Virus record (IMG/VR): IMGVR_UViG_3300025015_000011
Span: 1 to 64,000 of that record
Length of the DNA stretch: 64,000 nucleotides
Source: a virus
Direction: 5' to 3' (one strand)
Made by a program: the position numbers and the translations under genes. The notes below the pieces were generated by a model. The model worked only from the letters and a program-made list of their open reading frames with translations. It was not told the origin of the DNA and searched no databases. This document shows positions 36,232-46,575 of the stretch, piece after piece. Numbering within the stretch: position 1 is the stretch's first letter; every line of letters starts with the position of its first letter.

Positions 36232-37187
36232 GGAGGAGAGAGGTCTTGGCTAAAGTATATCATCATGATGACCATGATGGACGAGCTGCTGGTTTTCTAG
36301 TTAAGAAATTTTATGCAGAGCAAGGTAAAGAAATTGAATGTATAGAGGTTGATTATAATTCTCAGCCTCCTATAAATACAATTCAGCCAGATGAAGATAT
36401 ATGGATAGTTGATTATTCATTTGAACCTGAGCTAATGTGGCAAGTTTTAGAAATGACTCATAACATCCATTTCATTGACCATCACCAAACCGCTATGGAG
36501 AAATATAATGATTTTCCAGAAAAGCTGGCTGGATTGAGGGTTAATGGGTTAGCAGGTTGTGAACTTACTTGGATTTATATTACCTTACTCGACGAAGGTA
36601 TAAAATGTTTTGGGGCTCTACCAACATTCTTTGAAGAGAATAAAGAGAAGTTTTTGCAGGATATGCCTCTTTTTGTCAACCTAATAGGAGATAAGGACGT
36701 TTGGAGATGGGAACATGGAGAAAAGACAGAATGTTTTGATTTAGGTCTTAGGTCATATGATACCAGTGTAAATGCAAATGTTTGGGAAAAGTTATATTAT
36801 GATTTTTTTGAATTAGATGGGGGATATCATACAATATTGATTGATGCTGGTAAAACAATAAAAAAATATAGAGACCAGTGGAGTAAAGATTACAGAGAAG
36901 CAAATGGATTTCCTGTTGAATTTGAAGGACTGAATTGTTATGCTATGAATATAGGTCGTGTTGGAAGTGAATTCTTTGGAGAAAAATCAAAAGAATATGA
37001 TATAGTAATTCCTTTTGTATTCCATAAAGATGGATCTTGGAAGATTTCTTTATATTCAGTCAACCCAAATGTGGATTGTGCTAAATTAGCTCAGAAGTAT
37101 GGTGGTGGTGGACATAAAGGTGCTTCAGGGCTTTCTTATAAAGGTGACATAAACAAGTTTTTCAAAGTCCTTGACAGTCCTGAGTAG
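36222..37187 (+). CDS. DHH/DHHA1 phosphoesterase
   Basis: HxDxDG, VD, IDHH, GGGGH..ASG. Confidence 0.9.
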   Translation: MVIRRREVLAKVYHHDDHDGRAAGFLVKKFYAEQGKEIECIEVDYNSQPPINTIQPDEDIWIVDYSFEPELMWQVLEMTHNIHFIDHHQTAMEKYNDFPEKLAGLRVNGLAGCELTWIYITLLDEGIKCFGALPTFFEENKEKFLQDMPLFVNLIGDKDVWRWEHGEKTECFDLGLRSYDTSVNANVWEKLYYDFFELDGGYHTILIDAGKTIKKYRDQWSKDYREANGFPVEFEGLNCYAMNIGRVGSEFFGEKSKEYDIVIPFVFHKDGSWKISLYSVNPNVDCAKLAQKYGGGGHKGASGLSYKGDINKFFKVLDSPE

Positions 37188-37199
37188 ATTTGTTAATAT
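37171..37199 (+). promoter_or_regulatory. sigma70-type promoter
   Basis: TTGACA-17-TAATAT. Confidence 0.6.
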
Positions 37200-37231
37200 A
37201 GATTAATCAAATTTTGATAAAGGAGAAGTAA

Positions 37232-37471
37232 ATGAATAATGAAAAGGGATTTACATTAATAGAGTTAGTTTTTGCTTTGATTCTAATACCTATAATTATT
37301 CTTGGGCTTGGAATTTGGATTTATGGTTATGTTCTTGCTTTTAGTGCAAGTATAATAATTGGTTTAGTTCTTATATTTCTTCCTCCTCTTCCATTTGTTT
37401 TTGGTATAGTTGGAATTTGTGGTTTGGATATAGCAATGGCAATTCAGAATTGGCTTCATTTACCAATATAA
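37232..37471 (+). CDS. Small membrane protein with type IV prepilin N-terminal motif
   Basis: MNNEKG|FTLIEL followed by hydrophobic helices. Confidence 0.75.
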   Translation: MNNEKGFTLIELVFALILIPIIILGLGIWIYGYVLAFSASIIIGLVLIFLPPLPFVFGIVGICGLDIAMAIQNWLHLPI

Positions 37472-37484
37472 GGGAGTGTGAATA

Positions 37485-38636
37485 ATGCCAGTAAAGAAGA
37501 TAGTAGAGGGTAAAGTTCCAGCCAAAATTTGGACAGATAATATTGAGGAAGAAGCATTAAAACAAATCTCAAATATTATTGAAAATCTTCCAGTATATTC
37601 TCATTTTGCGGCTATGCCAGATGTACATTGTGGCATGGGAATGCCAATTGGTGGGGTTCTTCCTCTTATAAATGGTATAAGTCCTAATTGTGTGGGGGTA
37701 GATATTGGATGCGGAATGCTTGCAATCAAGCTTAATATTCAAGATATTTCATTAAGTGACCTCAAAAATATATTCACAGAAATAAGAAAAGAAATACCAG
37801 TAGGATTTAATCATAGAAAAGAAAGAGTTAAATGGTATGAGAATCTTATAATTCCTCATTTACCAATAATTGAAAAAGAACTACAATCATCAGAACATCA
37901 AATTGGTACCCTAGGTGGGGGTAACCATTTCATAGAATTCCAAAAAGGTTCTGATGGTCATATTTGGTTTATGATACATTCTGGGTCAAGAAATCTTGGT
38001 AATAAGATTGCTCAGCACTATCATAAGTTAGCGGTAGAACATGGTCAAGTCCCTGGAGATAAAGTTGAATTAGCATATTTTGATAAAAACCATCAAAGTA
38101 CTATATTCAATGAATATTACAGTGCTATGTCTTTTGCTCTTGAATTTGCTTATCTAAATAGAAAAATGATGGCAGATATTGTTTTATCTATAATAGAAAG
38201 AATTCTCAATAAATTTAATTTGAAGTTTAGAGAAATTAATATTCATCATAATTATGCTGAAGAATCATATCATGGAATTTGGTTACACAGAAAAGGAGCC
38301 ACTTCAGCAAAAGAGGGAGAGTGGGGAATAATACCTGGTTCAATGGGGTCCAATTCTTATATTGTTCTTGGTAAAGGAAATAAAGAGAGTTTTGAATCTT
38401 GTGCTCATGGTGCTGGGAGAGTAATGTCTAGAACCAAAGCTAAGAAGAATATAACTTTAGAACAACACCAAGAAGATTTAAGAAGTATAGGCCTTGAGGT
38501 TTCTGAAAGGGATAATTCTTTAGACGAGAGCCCAAGAGCTTATAAAAGTATTAATGAAGTTATGATGAACCAAACAGATTTAGTAGATGTTGTCATTAAA
38601 CTAACACCATACCTATTGCCTGCAATTAAAGGATAA
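37485..38636 (+). CDS. rtcB: RtcB RNA ligase
   Basis: MPDVH, GVDIGCG, GGGNHF, HSGSR, HHN, HRKGA, PGSMG, HGAGR, DESP.AYK. Confidence 0.95.
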   Translation: MPVKKIVEGKVPAKIWTDNIEEEALKQISNIIENLPVYSHFAAMPDVHCGMGMPIGGVLPLINGISPNCVGVDIGCGMLAIKLNIQDISLSDLKNIFTEIRKEIPVGFNHRKERVKWYENLIIPHLPIIEKELQSSEHQIGTLGGGNHFIEFQKGSDGHIWFMIHSGSRNLGNKIAQHYHKLAVEHGQVPGDKVELAYFDKNHQSTIFNEYYSAMSFALEFAYLNRKMMADIVLSIIERILNKFNLKFREINIHHNYAEESYHGIWLHRKGATSAKEGEWGIIPGSMGSNSYIVLGKGNKESFESCAHGAGRVMSRTKAKKNITLEQHQEDLRSIGLEVSERDNSLDESPRAYKSINEVMMNQTDLVDVVIKLTPYLLPAIKG

Positions 38637-38640
38637 TAAA

Positions 38641-39390
38641 TTGCTTAAGAGATATAAATCAATTTTTATTTCAGATATTCATTTTGGCACTAATGACTGT
38701 AAAGCAAATTTATTATATAACTTTTTAAAACACAATACATCTGAATCTTTATATCTTATAGGGGATATAATTGATGGTTGGAAAATTAAGACTAACAGGT
38801 TTAGATGGCAACAAAAACATACTGATACTCTTAATCTTATTTTGAGATATGCTAAACATAAAGGACAAGTTATATATATTACTGGAAATCATGATGATTT
38901 TTTACACCCTTTAATTGAGTATAATATATCTCTTGGTAATGTTCAAATAGTTAATCAAGCAGAATATCAAGGTATTGATGGAAAAAGATATCTTATTATT
39001 CATGGTGATATGTTTGATGGTATAACTAAGTTACATAAATGGATATGTTTTTTAGGCGATAGAGCATATGATTTTATTCTTAATTTAAATAGTAAATATA
39101 ATTATATTAGGCATAGTTTTGGATTTGGATATTGGTCATTATCAAAATATTTAAAATATAAAGTTAAACAAGCGGTAAATTTTATATATCAATTTGAAAA
39201 TAATTTGGTTCTGCATTGTATAAAGAAAGGGTATGATGGTGTTATTTGTGGACATATACACAATGCTGAAATAAAGAGCATAAATGGAATTATTTATATG
39301 AATGATGGAGATTGGGTTGAATCTTGTACTGCCCTTGTGGAAAATTATGATGGCACTTGGAAAATAATAACCTGGGATAAGGAGATATGA
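38641..39390 (+). CDS. LpxH-like calcineurin metallophosphoesterase
   Basis: SDIH, GDIID, GNHD, HGD, GHIH, NDGDW. Confidence 0.88.
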   Translation: MLKRYKSIFISDIHFGTNDCKANLLYNFLKHNTSESLYLIGDIIDGWKIKTNRFRWQQKHTDTLNLILRYAKHKGQVIYITGNHDDFLHPLIEYNISLGNVQIVNQAEYQGIDGKRYLIIHGDMFDGITKLHKWICFLGDRAYDFILNLNSKYNYIRHSFGFGYWSLSKYLKYKVKQAVNFIYQFENNLVLHCIKKGYDGVICGHIHNAEIKSINGIIYMNDGDWVESCTALVENYDGTWKIITWDKEI

Positions 39391-39849
39391 ATGAAGTATT
39401 TTGCAACAGTTAAAGAAGGTAGCAGGGTATATTCAATAATTTATGGATGGGGAACAGTTACTTATGTAACTACACTGAGGGATTTTCATGTTCTTTTCGA
39501 TAATGAAGAGTATTTATTATTGGTTCCAAAAAGAGGACCTATTAACTTTAGGTATCATTATGAGTATGATTATACTGGAGTGCGGTATAATCATTTAACA
39601 GGTCTGCATGATAAAAAACAAACTTTATTCTGGTGTGAACCTCTGATAATAGCACCAGAGAAACCACCTCTACCTATTAAGAAAAATGCTTCTGGATGGT
39701 ATAATCCAACAAATCCTCATGGGGATAATATCATGTTCTTTGGTCCTTATAAATCTGAGAATATAGCAATATCAACCAGAGATAGTATTTCAAAGTATGT
39801 AGGACCTCCAATATTTTTGAGTTATGAATATATGAAGGAAGATGAGTAA
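39391..39849 (+). CDS. Hypothetical protein
   Basis: RBS AAGGAG; G.RVYS..YGWG.V. Confidence 0.65.
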   Translation: MKYFATVKEGSRVYSIIYGWGTVTYVTTLRDFHVLFDNEEYLLLVPKRGPINFRYHYEYDYTGVRYNHLTGLHDKKQTLFWCEPLIIAPEKPPLPIKKNASGWYNPTNPHGDNIMFFGPYKSENIAISTRDSISKYVGPPIFLSYEYMKEDE

Positions 39850-39904
39850 TTTTCTTGAAAGGTCATTTAATTTTTGATAATATAATTAAAGAGGAGAATG
39901 TAAA

Positions 39905-40846
39905 ATGGCAATTTCAAACAAGCAAGATATTGGTGTAATAGTAGGAAGATTCCAAGTCCCAAAACTAACATCTGCCCACAGAAGATTATTATCTGATGTT
40001 ATTAGAGACCATGATAAAGTTATAATATTCCTAGGTGTTGCTCCCACTTTAGGTACTAAACATAACCCTCTTGATTATCCCACCAGGGTTAAAATGTTAA
40101 AAGAAACAATAAATGTTACCTATCATAGGTCAACACAGGATAGTAAAACAATTTTAATTGCACCATTAATGGATAATCCATCTGATTTAGTTTGGAGCGA
40201 AAATCTTGATTCTTTTGTAAGATCTCATTTTTCAACTGGAAGTGTTTGTTTATATGGTGGTAGAGATTCTTTCATAAAATCTTATAAAACTAAAACATTC
40301 TCAACAAAGGAAATGTCTTTTCAATCTCCAGAATCAGGAACTGAATTAAGAAAAATAGCAGGGAAAGAAATTTTAAATTCAGATGACTTTAGATCTGGTA
40401 TTATTTATGCAATTCAAAATAGGTTTCCTGTAACTTATCCTACAGTTGACTTGGCTGTATTAAAAGATAATAAATATGTTTTAATGGGTAAAAAGAAAAA
40501 TGTTGATGGTTGGTGTTTCCCTGGTGGATTTGCTGACCCGCATGATGAATCTTATGAAACCGCTGCTATCAGAGAATTTCATGAAGAAATAGGTGGAGTA
40601 GAAATAGGTCTTGATTTAGAATATATTTCTAGTCATATAGTTGATGATTGGAGATACAAAGACGAAGAAAAAATCAAAACAATTCTTTTTGCTACTGATT
40701 ATATTTTTGGTGACCCAACAGTCAAAGAAGAATTGATTGATTTACAGTGGGTCAATATGACCAATACTAAGCCAGAAGATATAGCTAAAGCACACAAGCC
40801 TCTATATAAATCTTTAATTAAATATGTAAATGGGAGGATAAAGTAA
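39905..40846 (+). CDS. nadM: Bifunctional NMN adenylyltransferase / Nudix hydrolase (NadM-Nudix, NatV-like)
   Basis: VGRFQ...H, NPL...R, SGT.LR; Nudix box GGF....E....AA.REF.EE. Confidence 0.9.
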   Translation: MAISNKQDIGVIVGRFQVPKLTSAHRRLLSDVIRDHDKVIIFLGVAPTLGTKHNPLDYPTRVKMLKETINVTYHRSTQDSKTILIAPLMDNPSDLVWSENLDSFVRSHFSTGSVCLYGGRDSFIKSYKTKTFSTKEMSFQSPESGTELRKIAGKEILNSDDFRSGIIYAIQNRFPVTYPTVDLAVLKDNKYVLMGKKKNVDGWCFPGGFADPHDESYETAAIREFHEEIGGVEIGLDLEYISSHIVDDWRYKDEEKIKTILFATDYIFGDPTVKEELIDLQWVNMTNTKPEDIAKAHKPLYKSLIKYVNGRIK

Positions 40847-42235
40847 ATGGAAAGACCAGGAAGTAATATATGTAAAATGGGAGACAGTTATAAATTTTCT
40901 CATGCAGTCCAATATCCTCCAGGAACAGAAAAGGTCTTCTCTTACCTTGAGTCAAGAGGTGGGTTATTTGATAACACTGTTTTCTTTGGGTTACAAATCC
41001 TTCTTGAAAGGTTAGAAGGCCAAGTAGTAACTGCTGAAAAAATAGATGATGCTGAAAAGATGGTCAATGCTCACATAGGTCCTGGAATTTTTAATAGGTC
41101 TGGTTGGGAATATATACTCAATAAACACAATGGATATCTTCCAGTTATTATAAAGGCTGTTTCTGAAGGCACACAAGTCCCAGTAAGTAATGCTCTTATG
41201 ATAGTCGAGAACACAGACCCAAATTGTTTTTGGCTTACTAATTATCTTGAAACATATTTGTCTCAAGTGTGGTATCCATGTACCGTAGCAACACTTTCAA
41301 GAGAAATTAAAAAGCTGATAAATAGATTTCTTGAAACTACAGGAGACACAGCCGGTATAAATTTCAAGCTTCATGATTTCGGATATAGAGGTACAAGCTC
41401 TTTTGAAAGTGCTGGAATAGGTGGTTGTGCTCACCTTCTGAATTTTATGGGAACTGATACAGTAGCAGCAATTGAATTTACTCAGTATTATTATGAGGCA
41501 GATATGCCAGGGTTCAGTATCCCAGCAGCAGAACACTCAACCATAACATCCTGGGGCAGGGAAAATGAACTGGATGCTTTCAAGAATATGCTTGAAACAT
41601 ATCCAACAGGCCTTGTAGCTGTAGTATCTGATAGCTATGATATTTATGAAGCCTGCAAAACCCTTTGGGGTGAAGAACTAAAAGATATGGTCCTTCAAAG
41701 GGATGGGTATTTAATTATAAGACCAGATTCTGGCGAACCAACTGAAGTTATACCAAAGATTCTTAACATATTAGGTAAGGCTTTTGGGTATGAAGTGAAT
41801 TCCAAAGGTTATAAAGTCCTCAATCCTAAAGTTCGTGTTATCCAAGGGGATGGTGTTAATTATAATTCTATTGAAAATATCCTCACTCTAATGCAATATG
41901 ATGGATGGAGCACTGATAACATAGCTTTTGGTATGGGTGGTGCCCTGCTTCAAGGTATAAATAGAGATACTCAAAAGTTTGCTTTTAAATGTTCTTCTGT
42001 TACAATTAATGGCGAAGAAAGAGATGTTTATAAACAGCCAATAGATTCTCCTTGGAAGAAGTCTAAAGCTGGTAGACTTATGCTTGTTACGGATTTAGAT
42101 GGTGAATATAAAACAATTAAAGAATCTGAATATGACCCATCTTGTATGATAGATAAGATGAATGTTGTATTTTTTAATGGTAAGATAGTTAAAAAGTATA
42201 CTTTCGATGAAGTGATATGGAACGCAAAGATTTAA
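40847..42235 (+). CDS. nadV: Nicotinamide phosphoribosyltransferase
   Basis: DSYK.SH, LHDFGYRG, GTDT, AAEHS, DSYD, RPDSG, QGDG, FGMGG. Confidence 0.95.
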   Translation: MERPGSNICKMGDSYKFSHAVQYPPGTEKVFSYLESRGGLFDNTVFFGLQILLERLEGQVVTAEKIDDAEKMVNAHIGPGIFNRSGWEYILNKHNGYLPVIIKAVSEGTQVPVSNALMIVENTDPNCFWLTNYLETYLSQVWYPCTVATLSREIKKLINRFLETTGDTAGINFKLHDFGYRGTSSFESAGIGGCAHLLNFMGTDTVAAIEFTQYYYEADMPGFSIPAAEHSTITSWGRENELDAFKNMLETYPTGLVAVVSDSYDIYEACKTLWGEELKDMVLQRDGYLIIRPDSGEPTEVIPKILNILGKAFGYEVNSKGYKVLNPKVRVIQGDGVNYNSIENILTLMQYDGWSTDNIAFGMGGALLQGINRDTQKFAFKCSSVTINGEERDVYKQPIDSPWKKSKAGRLMLVTDLDGEYKTIKESEYDPSCMIDKMNVVFFNGKIVKKYTFDEVIWNAKI

Positions 42236-42263
42236 ATTTCTAAGGAGATAATATTTAATATTA

Positions 42264-43304
42264 GTGTCATTAGTTAGTTCAATATTCTACACAGCAGACT
42301 TCTCAGGCTGCGGGTTCTTGAGAAGTTTTTTACCTTGTGATTATTTAAATTCAGTTTATGGCAATACTAAACAATTCATGGGAATTGTTTCAGGGAGGTT
42401 ATTTGGAGACCATAACCTGTTAAAAAGTCTTCAAATAATAAGATTTCAAAGACAAACCTCTTCACTTCAAGTCACTTATATTCACCAAATAGCTCAGTTA
42501 AAAAGGAGTGGTGTTATAAAGGCTGGTTTGATTTATGATTTAGACGACCTATTTACTGATATACCAGATTATAATTATTGCAAACCTTATTACAATCATG
42601 CTGAAAGTATCAATGCTTTAAATACTATTTTTGATTCTGTTGATATTTTTACTACTTCAACTGAATATTTAAAAAAGAAAATGCAGGAGATAAGAGGGAA
42701 TAAAATTATTTCCTGTAATTTTCAAGTAGTTCCCAATTTAATTCCTAAATTTTTATATCATAGAGAAAGTATAAAAGAGCAAACAACTAAGCCCAGAATA
42801 GTTTGGGCAGGTAGCGCTACACACTATTCTGATAGTAATTTGGGAGATTTAGGTTTAATATATGATTTAATCAAAAATACTCAAGAGGAATTTGACTGGC
42901 ATATTATAGGAACTAAAGTAAAACAGTTTGAAGGAATGAATGTAACTCAACATCCATGGGTCAATAATTTTTATGCTTATCCTAAAGCGCTCAGAGATAT
43001 AAATGCAGATTTTGGTATAAGTGCTCTACTTGACAATGAGTTCAATAGATGCAAGAGCAATATTAAATTATTGGAATATTCTGCTGCTCAGGCAATTACA
43101 ATTTCTTCAAAAGTTGAACCATATTTAAAGGAATCATCATTATTTTTAACGGGTGATTGGAAAACAGATAGAGAAACCATCATTGAAGTTTATACAAATA
43201 AGCAGAAGAAAGAGGAGCTTCTCAATAAACAAAATTCAATGTTGGATAACTATTGGATGGAAACAAATATGAGGCATTATGTTAATTTACTGGGGATAAG
43301 ATGA
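42264..43304 (+). CDS. Phage glycosyltransferase (GT-B-like)
   Basis: SGCG..R, FQRQ, YDLDD, WAGS.TH, FNRCKSNIKLLE. Confidence 0.75.
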   Translation: MSLVSSIFYTADFSGCGFLRSFLPCDYLNSVYGNTKQFMGIVSGRLFGDHNLLKSLQIIRFQRQTSSLQVTYIHQIAQLKRSGVIKAGLIYDLDDLFTDIPDYNYCKPYYNHAESINALNTIFDSVDIFTTSTEYLKKKMQEIRGNKIISCNFQVVPNLIPKFLYHRESIKEQTTKPRIVWAGSATHYSDSNLGDLGLIYDLIKNTQEEFDWHIIGTKVKQFEGMNVTQHPWVNNFYAYPKALRDINADFGISALLDNEFNRCKSNIKLLEYSAAQAITISSKVEPYLKESSLFLTGDWKTDRETIIEVYTNKQKKEELLNKQNSMLDNYWMETNMRHYVNLLGIR

Positions 43305-43546
43305 GTAACTTTAGATGTATGAAATGCGATAAAGAGGCTATTAATTATACTAAATTTACTTATTGGTTACATTTAATGTCTTTCATTGATTTTCTTCATG
43401 CAGAAGGAAATATAACACAAGCAACTTATGAACTAATGACTGATTATGTTCATCACTTACAGCCAGATGAAGTAGATGAGTGTAATAATTGTGATTTATT
43501 AAAAGCAAAACAAAAGATTACACCTGATAGTTCTGATGGTAATTGA
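43301..43546 (+). CDS. Hypothetical protein (two CxxC)
   Basis: ATGA coupling. Confidence 0.6.
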   Translation: MSNFRCMKCDKEAINYTKFTYWLHLMSFIDFLHAEGNITQATYELMTDYVHHLQPDEVDECNNCDLLKAKQKITPDSSDGN

Positions 43547-43576
43547 TATGATATTAAATGAAAGAGAGATGATAAG

Positions 43577-44521
43577 ATGAGTGTTTGGGTAGAAAAATTT
43601 AGGCCTGCATGTATAGATGATGTTATTTTGTTGCCTTCAACAAGGAAAGCAATTCAGTCTATACTCAATTCACCTGATATAAAGGTAAATTTTGTTAATC
43701 AAATTTATTCAGGACCTCCAGGCACAGGTAAAACAAGTGTGGCTAAACTAATTCCTAAGTTATTAGATTTACCATATCTTTATATCAATGCTTCTGAAGA
43801 AAGTGGTATTGATACAGTAAGAGGAAAGGTTAAGGATTTTTCAACAAGTCAAACAATTGATGATAAGTTAAAAGTAGTAATATTAGATGAAAGTGATATG
43901 CTTTCAATCCCTTATCAAGGTGCATTAAGAAACATTATTGAGTCAACCTCATCTAACACAAGATTTATTTTAACTTGTAATTATCCTGAGAAAATAATAG
44001 CCCCATTACACTCAAGGCTCAAGCAGGTTGTTTTTGCCAAGGTTGATGAGAAGATAGTTCTGAAGAGAGTGGTTGAAATTTTAAGGTCTGAGAAAATAAC
44101 AATCCCTGAAGAGCAAAACTTAAATATAGTCAAACTAATTAAAAAGTATCACCCTGATATTAGAAAGATAATTAATCATCTTCAATATTTTAGCTCTACT
44201 GGAACACTTGATATTCAGTTTGATGATATTGTTTCAGAAGATATTTTAGACCAAATAATCAATAATATTAAATCTAAAAAGATATCTGATATTAGAACTA
44301 TCCTCCGTAACAATAAATTGGATTATGATGGAATTATTAGGAAGATATTTGATGAAATACTCAATACTAAATCTCAATATTTTCCTGATATGAATGAGGG
44401 TAAAAGGGCTGAGCTGATACTATTATGTGCTGATACACTTTACAAAATGAATTTTGTAGTGGATAAAGAAATTCAGTTCGCTGCTTTTGCAGTAGATGCT
44501 AGTATAACAATGGGTAAGTAA
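43577..44521 (+). CDS. gp44: Clamp loader large subunit
   Basis: WVEKFRP, GPPGTGKT, DESD, SRL, PDIR. Confidence 0.93.
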   Translation: MSVWVEKFRPACIDDVILLPSTRKAIQSILNSPDIKVNFVNQIYSGPPGTGKTSVAKLIPKLLDLPYLYINASEESGIDTVRGKVKDFSTSQTIDDKLKVVILDESDMLSIPYQGALRNIIESTSSNTRFILTCNYPEKIIAPLHSRLKQVVFAKVDEKIVLKRVVEILRSEKITIPEEQNLNIVKLIKKYHPDIRKIINHLQYFSSTGTLDIQFDDIVSEDILDQIINNIKSKKISDIRTILRNNKLDYDGIIRKIFDEILNTKSQYFPDMNEGKRAELILLCADTLYKMNFVVDKEIQFAAFAVDASITMGK

Positions 44522-44522
44522 T

Positions 44523-45041
44523 ATGGGAGAATTACAAACAAGCCTTGATGGTTTTTTCAAAAAGAGCCCAGCAATTCAGACATTTAGTGAAGAAGAATAT
44601 GTTGATAAAAGAAAGGCTAATATCTTCTCATATTTAACTGATATATGTTTTGAAAAAACAGGGACTATTCCAGAAGAATATGATTTTGAAATGAAAGGTT
44701 GGAGTAGTTTTATGGTTTTGAGGTATTTAAGCCTGTATGAACCATACCTTCCTATTATAAATATTTTTAATTATTATCAAGGTACATTGACTCCACTCCA
44801 GTTATATAAGGCATTATTGGTGGTCATACCTAAAGGTAAAAGATTTCTCAAATATCCTAAACTCCAAGACGAACTAAATAATGATTCTATCATAGAAATG
44901 CTAATGAAATATTTTGACTGTTCTAAGTCTGATGCTGAAGAATATATTAAACTGGGTTTAATTTCTCAAAAAGAAGTGAATACAATAAAAGAAAAATTTG
45001 GAGGTAGGGATGGCCAGAAGAAGGAAAGTAAGAAGCGTTAA
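44523..45041 (+). CDS. gp62: Clamp loader small subunit
   Basis: Follows gp44; FMV.R.LS, PK.KRF.KY, YF.CS...A.EY. Confidence 0.8.
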   Translation: MGELQTSLDGFFKKSPAIQTFSEEEYVDKRKANIFSYLTDICFEKTGTIPEEYDFEMKGWSSFMVLRYLSLYEPYLPIINIFNYYQGTLTPLQLYKALLVVIPKGKRFLKYPKLQDELNNDSIIEMLMKYFDCSKSDAEEYIKLGLISQKEVNTIKEKFGGRDGQKKESKKR

Positions 45042-45240
45042 TTATGGGACTTATAAATGTATCAAAGTTTTTCCTGATACGTTAGTAGTAGATTGCAGAA
45101 CATATAAATCTGATATTGAGACATATGAATATTTTAAAAGAATAAAAGAAGAAGGTAAAGATATAAAATTATTTGGCACAAGAAGCAAACATACACCATT
45201 AACAAAAATTTTTATATATCAGACTAATACTAATATCTAA
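44998..45240 (+). CDS. Hypothetical basic protein
   Basis: ORF between gp62 and regA; start probably ATG 45010. Confidence 0.55.
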   Translation: MEVGMARRRKVRSVNYGTYKCIKVFPDTLVVDCRTYKSDIETYEYFKRIKEEGKDIKLFGTRSKHTPLTKIFIYQTNTNI

Positions 45241-45261
45241 TAAAAGGAGGAGTGAAAAGTA

Positions 45262-45648
45262 ATGAGTGAAGTGGAAAGTAAGGGTATTGCAGTAAAGCTA
45301 AATGTAACTGAGGAAATTGTAAAAGAGAATCTTTCAAGGATTGGTATAGTAAATAGGAGTGATAAGAAGCTTTATCCTTCATGTTATCTTATCAAGGATG
45401 AAAATGGCCAGTATTTTATTTGTCATTTTAAAGACCTTCTCAAGGTGGCAGGGGCAGATGAAAGTGATAAGATGAGAAGGAATACAATTTCTTGGCTATT
45501 TGAAAAATGGGGTCTTGTTTCAATTCTTGAAGACGGTGAACTTAATATTTCAAAGAAGAAGCTTTTCATTCTCACAAAGGAACAGAAAGAGAATGAAGCT
45601 TGGAATATTGTTCACAAATTTCATTATGATAAAAAGGAGAAGGAGTAA
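45262..45648 (+). CDS. regA: Translational repressor RegA
   Basis: KE.L.RIG.....KLY.SC, Y.I.HFK.L, RRN.I..L...WGL. Confidence 0.9.
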   Translation: MSEVESKGIAVKLNVTEEIVKENLSRIGIVNRSDKKLYPSCYLIKDENGQYFICHFKDLLKVAGADESDKMRRNTISWLFEKWGLVSILEDGELNISKKKLFILTKEQKENEAWNIVHKFHYDKKEKE

Positions 45649-45651
45649 TTT

Positions 45652-46575
45652 ATGAGTAAAAGAATGTTTGATAGAAATGCCATGGCAACAGTCCTTTCAA
45701 ATATGGAAAAGGATGCTAAGAATAAGGGATTTAAGCAGGATGAAACACTTTGGACTCCTGACAAGCCAGAAAAGGGCAAGACGCTGATTTATAGATTTAG
45801 GGTTCTTCCTACAATTACAAAGAGAGGTTATCAGCCAGCTTGGGCTGGTTACAAGACTCACTTTTTCAAGTCTCTAGTAACAGGGAAGTTTGTTAATGAG
45901 TATTGCCCAACTACCATAGGAAATCCTTGCCCAATATGTGAATATTCAGGTAAGCTATTTAATACTGGCGACCCAGAAGATGAAAAGATAGCAAAGAAGT
46001 TTTATAAGGCTCAGAAGTTTGTTGCCAACATTCTTGTAGTGAAAGAGCCAGATGAGAAGCGCAAGGAAAATGAAGGTAAGGTCTTCAAGTATGTATTTGG
46101 AACAAAGATTATGGAAAAATTCAAGAGTGCTTTGTTCCCTGAAGAAGGAATGGAGCAGGTTTATTTTATAGATCCATATGAAGGGTTTGATTTTAACCTT
46201 GTTGTTAAAATAGTTGGCGATTTTGCTAATTATGATTCTTCAGTATTTGTAACCACCAAAACGGCAATAGCACAGTCAGATAAGGAAATTGAAAAGATTC
46301 TAAATTCAACATATGACCTTGAAACTGAGTTCCTTTCAGAATCAAACTTCAAGTCTTATGCTAACCTGCAGGAAGTTGTTAATACTCAGATAGTAGGTGC
46401 TTCACCAAAATCGGTTGTTAAGACAAAGCCAGTTTCAATCCCAACAACAGGGCCTGTAGAAGCAGATGATGTTCCTATGTCATTTAATAAGGGGTCTGAA
46501 CCAGAGCCTGAAGTAAATGCAGATGAGGATGATGAATTTCTAAAGTCACTTCAGAGGGATTTAGATAGTCTATAA
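45652..46575 (+). CDS. gp32: Single-stranded DNA-binding protein
   Basis: R.LP, H.F, CPTTIG..CPIC, ANILVVK.P, NEGKVF, NYDSS.F, acidic tail. Confidence 0.93.
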   Translation: MSKRMFDRNAMATVLSNMEKDAKNKGFKQDETLWTPDKPEKGKTLIYRFRVLPTITKRGYQPAWAGYKTHFFKSLVTGKFVNEYCPTTIGNPCPICEYSGKLFNTGDPEDEKIAKKFYKAQKFVANILVVKEPDEKRKENEGKVFKYVFGTKIMEKFKSALFPEEGMEQVYFIDPYEGFDFNLVVKIVGDFANYDSSVFVTTKTAIAQSDKEIEKILNSTYDLETEFLSESNFKSYANLQEVVNTQIVGASPKSVVKTKPVSIPTTGPVEADDVPMSFNKGSEPEPEVNADEDDEFLKSLQRDLDSL

